A stretch of DNA of 50,000 nt from Chiloscyllium plagiosum (GCF_004010195.1 NW_025214743.1:1-50000); one strand, 5' to 3'; shown: positions 36,420 through 48,496, counted from the first letter of the stretch. Numbers and translations are program-made. The notes: a model not told the origin generated them from the letters alone.

Positions 36420-39095
36420 TGACTGGTGTCCCTGTTCGATATCGGGCAATCGTTAACACTACAACCAGGACTCTTTGTTCAGATCAATCCCAGTGAGGCA
36501 AAAAATAACAAGCGGACAAATTAATTTTTAACTCCTCACCACCATTCTGGGAGAAAGTCACAAGTTGCTGTTTTATTTACTAGTAAGGCAGCACATTCTC
36601 AGAAAAAACAACTTTAAACATCGCTATTATTTTCCTATATTGTATTTCTAAAGTACTGTTAAAGTGCCAGCATACGAATATTGTGCTCGTGTAAACCATT
36701 ACATTTAACAACCTGCGCTGTGGAAACAAGCCAAAATATCTATGTATAAAGCCACTAACAAATTACCCTTTTTTTGCACCTCCAGTTTTGTATCAAGAGC
36801 CACATACAATGCGGCTGCAATACATAACCTTTTTAAAATGTCATTATTAATTAATGCTTTTAATTTGCTTTCTGCACTTGGACCAGTTGTATCCCAAAAA
36901 ATTGTATGACCATGCATATTTACCAAAAATAGACCTCTGGTTCAAGGGAAGCATGTACTGTCAGCTGTGATACTTAATGATGCAGACCTGATCAAAGGAC
37001 CAAGGTTTCTTTACAGAATCCAGGCTGAGAGAATTATAAGCACCAAGAACAGTCACTAGATGACCCTCCTTTGGTCCATTTACACAACAAAGGAGGGGTA
37101 ATATCAACTTCCTCTGATAAATATACTTTTAAACCCCACGTTAAGTGCACTTATATCAATATATTGTGAAGATACAAAGTTTTAAGTATTTCTGAGATGT
37201 CCTACAGATGATATTTTAGAAAATAAAGCTTTCATTGCTCACTAACTCATTGTGTGAAGAACAGCCATTTAACCCAGACAGACTTATGGGTAAAGATTCA
37301 TTTGGAGAAAACTGACATTTCAGGAGAGTCGAGAGTGTGGTGCTGGAAAGACACATCAGGTCAGGTAGCATCTGAGGAATGGGAGAATCGACATTTCGGG
37401 CATAAGCCCTTCATTAGGAATTATTCCTGATGCCAAAACTGTTGATTCGTCTGCACCTCAGATGCTGCCTGACCTCCTGTGTCTTTCCAGCATCGCACTC
37501 TCGACTCTAATCTCCAGCACCTGCAGTCCTCACTTTCTCCTTTTTAAAGGAGAAAGGAGGAATGGACTACCCTCTGACCTCTCGTGTGCTCTTAAAACTT
37601 ATTATAATGACAGAATCGTTGTTTGGTAATGTAGAGCTTGTGTATTGCTTTAGAAAAAGAAACCTGCTGTCATTGTCTTGTGATTCTGTCCTCACAGGTG
37701 CAAGAACGCCAAATCTCAAATCAAACAACAATTCATATTGCTTTGAGATGTCCTTTGAGATTTTTGTATTCTTGCAATTCTGTCCTGATAAAGTGCAAGA
37801 CAAAAACTTTTGACAACAGGTCCTTTATTTCCGGAAATGAGAAAATACTAAAATAAAATCACTACTGAAGTCTGGCAATGATTCACAATGAAGTAAGTGA
37901 GTCTATAAGTGATGTGTTTTTACTTTTTTTTGTGTGTTACATGTAGACTTGATATATAATAGAATGACTTTATGTTCCTGGGTGTGTGTTAGATGTGCAC
38001 TGAATTGTTCCTTTATTCCTGAAATAATGCGTTAGTGTGCAAGTGCCTCAACATTAGATAAGTGAAGTCTTATTTTTCAGTTTTTTAAAAAAAAATACTG
38101 CATAAGTGTTTTTAAGGCTTGGATTTCTATTACAATTTTTAACATTTTACTGTGAGTCCTTGTGCCCTTTCTTATTGCGTTGTGAAAAAATGAAGGATGT
38201 TAGATTTTTTAAACGATTTTATATGTAATTATATTTCCACCTCTGGGTTGATATGCTAGATTATCTTCCTAGAGGAGTAATCACAATGCACTCTCCTCCC
38301 TTCCCCCTCCACCCCCAAACCACCCTGCCAAATCAAACAGCTCTTTCTCTTGTCTCCTTGGTAGATGAAAGTGCTTAAGGACAATGACTTTCTTCCTGAT
38401 TTTTCTACTGTGTTGCTTACCTCAATGTCTGGGAGATTAAGTTTCAATTTTTGGCGATTTCCAGAACAGTACAGGAGGATCAGAACTCTTCAAACCCATT
38501 GCCCATGACTGATCCTTGCAATGTTCCTTGATACATAGCAATCCTTGTGTGAAAAATAGACATCTAATCTAATTCTTCACTTCCTGTCTCTCTCACTTTC
38601 CTGAGAGAGATCTTTTGAAAGCCAAAGCATTGAAATCTCCGACTCTGATGCACCCCTCTGTATAAACAAGTTGCAAAGCCAAAACTAAATACCTGGCTGT
38701 GAATTTTGAAATTTAGTTTTTTTTTGTGTGAAGTGATTATTGTTTACCAACAAAAGCTTCCCATCAGGAATAAGGTCAGCTGTTTTGTTTCCTCTTCTCA
38801 CTTATTAAAAAGAAATCCAGCTGCTGCTAGATGACAGCTGGACAACTGTGAGCCTGTGCAGTAGAGGATGTGTGCACACGTTAATATTAAAGATATGACT
38901 TCTGTTTCTCAACCACTAGTAGTGAGCCTAGAGCCCATTCCTTAAGTATATATCCTCAACAGTAATCATATAATGCAATAAATGTAAAGTTTATTTCAAA
39001 CTAGTACCATTTTATATGAGACAATAAACCTGTCATAAATCTGAATTTCTGATTTTTAATCACAGTTATTAATAAACTGGCGTTTGGCTCCATTT
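36420..39095 (+). other. Probable GYPC 3'UTR
   Basis: AT-rich, largely transposon-poor stretch after the stop codon, ending at an AATAAA cluster. Earlier AATAAA at 37222 and 37852 could give shorter isoforms. Confidence 0.55.
37325..37540 (+). mobile_element. Fold-back PLE-terminus element (family A) within the probable GYPC 3'UTR
   Basis: agagtcgagagtgtggtgctggaaagacaca... pairs with ...tgtgtctttccagcatcgcactctcgactct, followed by the family tail. Confidence 0.85.
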
Positions 39096-39110
39096 GTGTT
39101 TCTTCTCATT
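38977..39110 (+). terminator. Candidate polyadenylation signal cluster
   Basis: AATAAA at 38977, 39023 and 39071, followed by a GT/T-rich tract (tttgtgtttcttctc). Repeats resume just downstream. Confidence 0.55.
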
Positions 39111-40499
39111 GATAGTTGAGTAGAAAATGAATCTTCATTTATGTAGCAGCTTACATGACATTCCCATGGGTTTTACAGCCAATATTTGTTATTCATTCAC
39201 AAACTGTTGGTTTTGCTGGCAAGGGCTAGTGTTTATAGCTAATCCCTACTTGACCAAGAGAAGGCAGTGTGCTCTCTTGCATACACCATAATGGTTTGGA
39301 CGATTTCACAAATTAACCACATGTCTACAGTTCGAGGTACATATAGGTTAAAAGATAAACTTGCCATAGTCCCAGATGACTGTAGAGCTAGTTTTATGTG
39401 ACAGTGAGACCAGTTGGAGGGTCACCATATCTAAGACAAGGAGTGTGGTTGCAAAGATGGACCGCGGCCATGCTGTGGTGTCACTCTGCATCACAGCCAA
39501 CTTGATCTAACTGCCACCCACACACGTTACTTAGGGCAAAGACAGCAGATTTCCTTCTATTTTAGAAGAAGGATATGAATTAGATTCATATCCATGATTG
39601 TTTTTGATTGTGACTAAGGCCATTTCTCCCTTCCAAATTGGTTTGATGAACTGAATTGAAATAGCACCAGCTATGATTCAATTGAACTCTGGCTCAGGAC
39701 TATTAGTTCAGTCGCTCTTAATTGGCAAATTCCTGAATCCTGTCACCCGCTGATGATCTCACATATGATCTTGGATATCTTATTGAATTTACTGTCATCA
39801 ATCCTCCTGGCTAGTATTTGGCCAACATACTGTTATCTATTGGAGAAGGATCGGCAGACCTAGGCTCAATCTTGCTGAAGCAGCAATTGGGGTTACTGAA
39901 TATTACTTAATAGCCAGTTATTCCATCAGATACATGTTTTTCTCTTGAAACATGGGGCTTAGCTCCCATCCACCGCCACCAACCTCATAGTCCCACTACC
40001 CCGCACCGCCCGTTTGTATCTCCTGCCCAAAATCCACAAACCTGACTGCCCCGGCCGACCCATTGTCTCAGCCTGCTCCTGCCCCACCGAACTCATCTCT
40101 GCGTACCTCGACACGGTCCTGTCCACCTTAATCCAAGAACTCACCACCTACGTTCGGGACACCACCTACGCCCTCCACCTCCTCCATGATTTTCGCTTCC
40201 CTGGTCCCCAACGCCTTATCTTCACCATGGACATCCAGTCCCTGTACACCTCCATCCCCCATCACAAAGGACTTGAAGTCCTCCGCTTCTTCCTTTCCTG
40301 CTGTCCCAACCAGTACCCTTCTACTGACACCCTCCTTTGACTGACTGAACTGGTCCTCACCCTGAACAACTTCTCTTTCCAATCCTCCCACTTCCTCCAA
40401 ACGAAAGGAGTAGCCATAGGCACCCGCATGGGCCCCAGCTATGCCTGCCTCTTCATAGGATATGTGGAACAGTCCATCTTCCGCAGCTACACTGGCACC

Positions 40500-41467
40500 N
40501 NNNNNNNNNNNNNNNNNNNNNNNNNNNNNNNNNNNNNNNNNNNNNNNNNNNNNNNNNNNNNNNNNNNNNNNNNNNNNNNNNNNNNNNNNNNNNNNNNNNN
40601 NNNNNNNNNNNNNNNNNNNNNNNNNNNNNNNNNNNNNNNNNNNNNNNNNNNNNNNNNNNNNNNNNNNNNNNNNNNNNNNNNNNNNNNNNNNNNNNNNNNN
40701 NNNNNNNNNNNNNNNNNNNNNNNNNNNNNNNNNNNNNNNNNNNNNNNNNNNNNNNNNNNNNNNNNNNNNNNNNNNNNNNNNNNNNNNNNNNNNNNNNNNN
40801 NNNNNNNNNNNNNNNNNNNNNNNNNNNNNNNNNNNNNNNNNNNNNNNNNNNNNNNNNNNNNNNNNNNNNNNNNNNNNNNNNNNNNNNNNNNNNNNNNNNN
40901 NNNNNNNNNNNNNNNNNNNNNNNNNNNNNNNNNNNNNNNNNNNNNNNNNNNNNNNNNNNNNNNNNNNNNNNNNNNNNNNNNNNNNNNNNNNNNNNNNNNN
41001 NNNNNNNNNNNNNNNNNNNNNNNNNNNNNNNNNNNNNNNNNNNNNNNNNNNNNNNNNNNNNNNNNNNNNNNNNNNNNNNNNNNNNNNNNNNNNNNNNNNN
41101 NNNNNNNNNNNNNNNNNNNNNNNNNNNNNNNNNNNNNNNNNNNNNNNNNNNNNNNNNNNNNNNNNNNNNNNNNNNNNNNNNNNNNNNNNNNNNNNNNNNN
41201 NNNNNNNNNNNNNNNNNNNNNNNNNNNNNNNNNNNNNNNNNNNNNNNNNNNNNNNNNNNNNNNNNNNNNNNNNNNNNNNNNNNNNNNNNNNNNNNNNNNN
41301 NNNNNNNNNNNNNNNNNNNNNNNNNNNNNNNNNNNNNNNNNNNNNNNNNNNNNNNNNNNNNNNNNNNNNNNNNNNNNNNNNNNNNNNNNNNNNNNNNNNN
41401 NNNNNNNNNNNNNNNNNNNNNNNNNNNNNNNNNNNNNNNNNNNNNNNNNNNNNNNNNNNNNNNNNNN
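40500..41467. other. Assembly gap (968 N)
   Basis: Run of N. Confidence 1.
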
Positions 41468-41580
41468 TCTGGCCTATCACCCTCACCTTGACCTCCTTCC
41501 ACCTATTGCATTTCCAATGCCCCTCCCCCAAGTCCCTCCTCCCTACCTTTTATCTTAGCCTGCTGGACACACTTTCCTCA

Positions 41581-41614
41581 TTCCTGAAGACGGGCTTATG
41601 CCCGAAACGTCGAT
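41581..41614 (+). ncRNA. Minimal type I hammerhead ribozyme motif (family A)
   Basis: CTGAAGA-c-GGGC-ttat-GCCC-GAAAC-GTC at 41584-41611. Confidence 0.7.
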
Positions 41615-42564
41615 TCTCCTGTTCCCTGGATGCTGCCTGACCTGCTGTGCTTTTCCAGCAACACATTTTCAGCTTAGCTTAATAGTACATTTGCATTTCA
41701 ATTGCTAGAACATTTTTACCGTATTAACTGCAAGCGCAGAGGTAGAATTGGTTCAGACACAGATGCACCTGTCTAGTTAGTGCCTGCCAGGAACAGTTCT
41801 TCAAATCCTGAGGGTCAAGCTGATCTTGTAATGTCTGTTCCAAAAACCTTGCCTTGTAATCTTATTTGTTACGCAAAAGAAATAAAGAAACCATGCTATG
41901 CATTTATATCTTGAAATTAGCAATGACTTGACTCATATAAAGTTTCAACCTGTTGCCCAATGCTATCCATGATTGAAACTCCTATCCAGAGAAGATATAC
42001 TCCTCACTCAGCTCTTTTAAGTTTTGAAATAAACAAATTTCTCGTGAAACTCTAGAGTCTGGTGACATTTGTGACAAGCAAAAGAAGTTTTGTTTGAAAC
42101 TGACTTCAAGTTTCTTTCTGTCTCAAGATGTATAGACATTGTTGAGACTCCTCGCCAAACTTGATGGCCAAAACCTTTCATGTGTGAAAACTCTTGGTTT
42201 GGGAACATCACAAGCTAGAGGAAAACACTGCCATTGTTGTGACTTGTATCTACTGAACTGAATCAAAAAGTGCGAGGAATGAAACAGAAATGTACTTTCA
42301 AACTCCACTCTCGATTTTTCTCAATTGCTTTTTGGATTATCTTCTTTGAAGTCAGAACTCAAAGTAATGGCTCAATGCATATTCCGAGATTATCCTATGT
42401 CAAGAATTATAAAGATTGATTCCATTTACACTCCAGGGATTCTCTCCAGACCCTGACGAAGTTTGTATGTATTTTTGAAACTGATACCGTTAGGTCACTT
42501 TTCAGGAATGAATTTCTTACCTTTCATAAAAAAAAATCGCAACACTAATCCATTGAATTTGTTG

Positions 42565-43025
42565 TATGCCTTTCTTCCCACTTATTAAAATATATTCAGT
42601 GGCCTGTCCTCCATTGCTTTTATGTCAGACAGAATTTCACAGATATGCCACTCTCTCCTTGCTCTTCATCTCAGTCCTAAATGGTCTACCCTGTAGCCTG
42701 AGATTATGGCCCATCTTTATAGAACCGCCTGCCAGTGGGAATACCATCCTGGATCCATCTGCATCCAGTTATGTCACAATTTTATATTTCAATGAGTTTC
42801 TCTCTCATTCTTTTGAACCACACTGAATACAGGCCTAACTGACAGAATTTCTCATCAAACGACAAACCTTCTATCCAGGAATTAGTCTGGTGAACCTTCA
42901 CTGAACTCTGTCTTTGGCAAATATATCTCCTATTAAGTGAGGAGCGCAAAACTATATGCAATACTGCATGTGTGGTCTCTGGATAGAAGGTTTGTCGTTC
43001 TAGTAGGATGCCGCAAGACATTCCT
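42565..43025 (-). mobile_element. CR1-like LINE 3' fragment
   Basis: Reverse-complement similarity to 35400-35850. Confidence 0.7.
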
Positions 43026-43503
43026 CCACTTGGGTAGAGGATATGTGATAGGTACCTAGAACAGCTAAATTCCAAATATGCTTCCGTATTAAACATTATA
43101 ACATTATTGGTTAAGGTTAATTTGTGTGAACCAAATGTATTACAAAACCAATAGGCAAACAAGGTCCAAATATGAGTAGGCAATTTATCCCTTCGAGCCC
43201 ATACCACAATTTTACATCATCATGGCTGATCTTCTCCCAAGCTTATCCAATTAATCTCTATTGATTTGGCTAAAGCAGATATGAGGTGAGGCAGTAGTAG
43301 CACAATAACTTTCCACACATCCCCTTCAGGTGAGGCACTGTTTACTGCTAATAGCACTTAACTACCCCACTCCAAAGCCCAAGGCCAACGTCTTTGAGAC
43401 AGGCGTTCAAATCTTAACATGGCAGTTGGTGAAATTTGAGTCCAATAAAAGCTGGAATAGAGAGCCAGTCTATTGACGATCATGAAACCATTATAGTTAA
43501 AAA

Positions 43504-44202
43504 GAGCTGGAAATGTGTTGCTGGAAAAGCGCAGCAGGTCAGGCAGCATCCAGGGAACAGGAGAATCGACGTTTCGGGCATAAGCCCTTCTTCAGGAATG
43601 GGGAAAGTTTGTCCAGCAGGCTAAGATAAAAGGTAGGGAGGAGGGACTTGGGAGAGGGGCGTCGGAAATGTGATAGGTGGAAAGAGGTCAAAGTGAGGGT
43701 GATAGGTCAGACTGGGGTGGGGACGGAGAGGTNNNNNNNNNNNNNNNNNNNNNNNNNNNNNNNNNNNNNNAAATGTGTTGCTGGAAAAGCGCAGCAGGTC
43801 AGGCAGCATCCAGGGAACAGGAGAATCGACGTTTCGGGCATAAGCCCTTCTTCAGGAATGAGGGAAGCTTTCCTAACCTGCACTGCCTTCCTAACCTGCG
43901 AATTCAGCACCGCCTTCCTAACCTGAGATCTTCTTCCCGACCTCTCCGCCCCCACCCCAGTCTGACCTATCACCCTCACCTTGACCTCTTTCAACCTATC
44001 ACATTTCCAATGCCCCTCTCCCAAGTCCCTCCTCCCTAACTTTTATCTTAGCCTGCTGGACAAACTTTCCCCATTCCTGAAGAAGGGCTTATGCCCGAAA
44101 CGTCCATTCTCCTGTTCCCTGGATGCTGCCTGACCTGCTGCGCTTTTCCAGCAACACATTTCCAGCTCTGATCTCCAGCATCTGCAGACCTCACTTTCTA
44201 CT
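43504..44202. mobile_element. Young inverted-repeat PLE terminus insertion (family A) with three hammerhead cores and a 38-N gap (43733-43770)
   Basis: Perfect 16-bp TSD ccattatagttaaaaa (43488-43503 / 44203-44218). Cores at 43568-43595 (-), 43828-43855 (-) and 44077-44104 (+). Interrupts a SINE. Confidence 0.88.
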
Positions 44203-46360
44203 CCATTATAGTTAAAAACCCAACTGTCCTCCAGGGAAGGCAATCTTTCAACCTTACCTGGTATGGCCTACATCTGACTCCAGACCCACCCAAAAATGTG
44301 GTTGGCAGCTGAAGGGATTGCCAAAAAGTGTTGGCACTGGTCAGTGATGCCCACATCCTATGTACATATATAAAATAAATTACTTTTCCTTCTAAGGATG
44401 CTCATTTCAAGAAGTTGGTGTTGGAGACCCAGAATTTATATCTTCTGAAATAAATTTATCTAAGGCATTCTTCTTTGATCTCCAACTCCAGCTGGGGGAC
44501 TGAGCTTGTGTTACATCTTGCCAGTGGGGAACATATGTTGTTACTCCAAGTTTTAATTAGTGCAGATGATGGTTCGAGACAACCGTGACATCCTCAAATG
44601 GCAGAGTGTGTGGAGCAGGTGTTGGGATATTCTTTCACAAAGATTGTTTGGTAACCTTGTTTTTAAAAAAAAAGCCTTCAAAAACCGAGACACTCCTACT
44701 CATAAGGCAAGACAGCAAAGTGATAGTAGGACACTGATAAGATTCAGAAAGCTGATCCATTTTAGCTGAAAACGATAACTACAATTAACATAGGATAAAT
44801 TGAGTAGCAAATGATCTAAAAATGATACATCAAGAGTCATTTGCATGTTTGTGTTCATCTCTTTTGAGCATCAAAACCCAGAAACTTAGTCAATTTTACT
44901 TTATTCATTCACAGGATGAGGGTGCTGCTGGCCAGGCCAGCATTTATTGCCCATCCCTAATTGCCCAGAGGGCAGTTATGAGTCACCCGCATTGTAGTGG
45001 GTCTGGAGTCACATGTCAGCCTGACCAGGTAAGGATGGCATTTTCCTTCACCAAAAGAAATTAGTGAACCAGATGCGACTTTACTGACAATCAACAATGG
45101 TTTCATGGTCATCATTAGACTCTTAATTCCAGGTTAGCATCCAACAAATGAGAGAACTCAGAATCGGGTATAATTTCTCCTCCTCAGAATATTTGGGCTA
45201 TATTTTTCATATTTTTGTGGGATGTATGCATTGCTGGCTAGGCCAGCATCTGTTACCCCTAATTCTTCATTGGAATGTAAAAGTGAGTCCACTCTTTGAA
45301 GCACTGCAGTTAATTTTTTTTTATTAAACAAATTACAAAACACAGTTTACAAAAAACATTGACAGCTGTACACAAAAGACAGCAGTTTTACAAGGGAGAG
45401 GAGCAGCAAAGCTAAGCACTGCAGTTAATAATGTCCTTCAATAGTGTTTCATTGGCAGTGAAGTGTTTTGGGGTATCCCGTAGTCATGAAAATCGTTATG
45501 CAAATGTAATTTCCTAGCTGAGCTTTTCCTTTTTTTTAAACCGTACCATATGAACCCAATTTTGTTTTCATTTCATGTAATGCCTCCTTCCGGCTGGAGT
45601 CACTGAATATCGATTTGACTAGGATCTCGGACTGATTTGTACAGCCTCTCACTCTGATCTAGCTCACAGGAAACCAACTGTGAACCTTATAGTCAATCTA
45701 ACTGGGAACAGCACCAGACCAAGGATTGAACTTGTCCAGAAGCACTTCATGAACCTTGGCTTCCTTGCATGAATGAACAATGTTAATTGACTGCTTATGC
45801 CTCTCTCTGTTTATCAGATGGAAAGACAGTGGAGGGCACAGTGAGATGATATAAATATTATGTGTGGTACTCAGATTGCTATCATTTCATTGGGCAGATT
45901 CCCAGTTATTTGATTCTCAGGTTTGATGCCGATGTTTTCGGTGAAAAGCCACATTTGAAGAAATTATCTGATAAGTCATTTTTTGTTATGATTGCTTTAG
46001 TCTCACATTTCTAGCTGCAATCTTTCATGGCTCGTTTTAACAAGTTTGTTCGAAATTGGTTGACAAATGACTCGAACTGACTCTTGCAGGGTTGTTGTCA
46101 AGTTTACTCCCACTCGAGATGTTTTCTACTGGAAGGCATACCCTGCAGCATTCAAATTCTCGAAGTTTATTGAAGTGCCTGTAATTACCTTTGTCAGGGG
46201 TCCACTTGAAACCAGAGTGGGAGCTGGTTCATTCCATCCCAGCAATGTGTCCAAGTACCTTGGGTGGACTGATAGGTGGTCTCTGATCATCCCAAAAGTG
46301 ACCTTTGTTGTAAATTAGACACATGGTACTCACTGTGTCAGGAGTTTCCATACTTTAAGT

Positions 46361-48496
46361 TAGGGATGGGAAACCTTTTTACATTGGAAGGCCATATTTT
46401 AGTTAACCAAAATCCTATTAGGCCACATGCTGAGAATTTAACATATACAACAAAATGTTATAGTTTTGTCAACATGTTTATTAATTTTAATTAAACCTGC
46501 TATTACATGAGGACTTTAAACAAAATAAAAATTCAGCAAAGATACATTTATTTGTTTGGCAAATTTGACAATGGAACTAATAAGTGAAAAACTATCTAAT
46601 GACCTTTTTGAGATTGCTTATAGTATTAATCTTCTCACAAATTTTAAAGATTGCTTATTGCGCGATAGGAATCGGATATTTGGTTCCAACATCATTGACT
46701 GCAGCTGGAGTTGGTCCTCCAGGTGAATATCCATCATCTGAGATCTTAAGCACATTTTAATTTGTGTCACACATGAAAGCGTTGATTCACAACAGTCGGT
46801 TGTGCCAAACAAGACAGCATTCAAAACAGACGTGGATATTCAACAGCATTTTTTCATATTTCAATGGGACCCTTCTTATCATCAAATAGAGACTTCACGA
46901 TATTATCTTCTGAGAGCTCAATCAATTCCATTCGTAAGTCATCAGGTGTTTGGAGGCATCAACCAGGTATGGTTGAAAAGCTAGTTTCTCAAAATCTTCA
47001 AACCTTTCATTAGATTCTTCAATCAGTGAGTCTAGAAGAGTTGTGTATTCTTTCACAGCGCATTTCCTTAATGATTTGCTTGTATCCTGCTCATTAATTA
47101 GCTTTGCCAGTTCAGGAAAGTGTTCGGTTGAAAGTTCCAGTCAGGTAAGGAGAGTTTTGAAAAAGGCCGAAATGCCTGGAATTTTAGCCACATATCGTAT
47201 ATAAAATTAGTTTTACCTTGCAAAAAAAATTCAGATCATTTTGCTTTGACATTATGTCACACAAAAATGTAACATTTCTGCAGGAATACTTTTTTGACAA
47301 TTCACATTTCATTCACTTCCTCAAAAAGAGTGGGTTTTTTTGCAGAAGTAAAAGTTTGAAAAGTATTTGTCCTTTTGACAGCCAGTGCACTTTTGAATGA
47401 TATGGCAGATCCATACTGAGCGTTTCATCATCAAGCTGAAGCAAGTTGCTAAATTAGTAATGCCGTGATGCATTTACTCGAACGTAGCTTACAATACCTA
47501 TAACTTTCTTTAATGTGTTGCTTAAAACAGTAGATTTGACACAGATTCTGTTGATGCAAAGGACAATGAAAGGAAAACAATGTATCTGAATCTGGCACTT
47601 CTTTTTGCAGTAGCAGATCAAATCCTTCACATTTTCCTCTAATAGAAGGTGCACTGTCTGTACATACACTTACTAAATTACATAAATTTAGTTTTGCTTT
47701 GTGACATTTTTCTTTGAAGACAGCGAAGATGTCAATTCCACATGTCCTCATCGTAAGGGTACCAAAGCTAGTAACTCATCGTGGCAATGAAAATCCGCAG
47801 TTATAACACGAACAAAAAATAACACCTGCGCTGAGTCAGTAATGTCAATGGATTCATCCAAGGCAATAGAATAATAAATGTCTTCGCTTCGGCATATTGT
47901 AACAAGTTGTTCTATTACATTGAGGACGAATTCATGTTACTGATCAGTTACGATCCTTCATGAAAGAGGTAGTTGTTTGTAATTATTAACCTTATCTGAA
48001 ACTAAGCATCTTACAACTTCCACATCGCTAAATGGCTGACCTCTTCTTCCAAGTACAGTATATATGCTACTTTATAAATTGCTTTCAATGATGTTAGTCC
48101 CTTTTCCTGACACCATTTTAAATACTTACTGCTGCTGATTTTGATTTTTCACTTCCTTAACTGCAAACTTTTGGGATTCTCCTTCCAGTTTAGCGTATTT
48201 GTGGGTTGCATAATGCTGATAAGCACTGTATTTCCTCACTGTTGCAGTTATGGTGTCACAGAGCAAACATGTCATTTTAGCTTTCACAGCAACTACGTAA
48301 TACTGCAATTCCCATTCTTCATTGAATACTCTGTTCTCTTAGTTTTTGACACGACTGGGTTACCAGTAAAAATTTTTAAAATGGTGCACAGATTTAAAAA
48401 GATGGATTTAGTATTTGCGGGCAAATAGGCAGAAGGCCGCAACTAGTACCCCAAAAGGCCGCATGAGGCCTTAAGGCTGTTAGTTCCCCATCCCTG
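46361..48496 (-). mobile_element. hAT DNA transposon, Buster/SPIN/Charlie-type, both ends present, transposase pseudogenised (~46620-48380)
   Basis: TIRs tagggatgggaaac / gttccccatccctg (12/14). Degenerate 8-bp TSD with central TA (ctttaagt / tcttaggt). Minus-strand motifs: BED finger CLLC..HYATH, SIALDESIDITDSAQ, VCTDSAP, FHC, HWLSKG, FGTTDCCESTLS. Confidence 0.92.

Larger units (their letters stand above)
39965..41672 (+). mobile_element. 5'-truncated Penelope-like retroelement (RT fragment, N gap, terminal repeat with hammerhead)
   Basis: YLLPKIHKPDCPGRPIVS..FTMDIQSLYTSIPH..*..LNNFSF..QTKGVAIGTRMGPSYACLF in one frame with a single stop at 40338. The family A terminus follows the gap. Possible TSD gcttagct. 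Continuity across the gap is assumed. Confidence 0.88.

Noticed and set aside
40128..41640. Long ORFs of 349-467 aa in the ORF track
   Set aside because: They consist mostly of X across the N gap.
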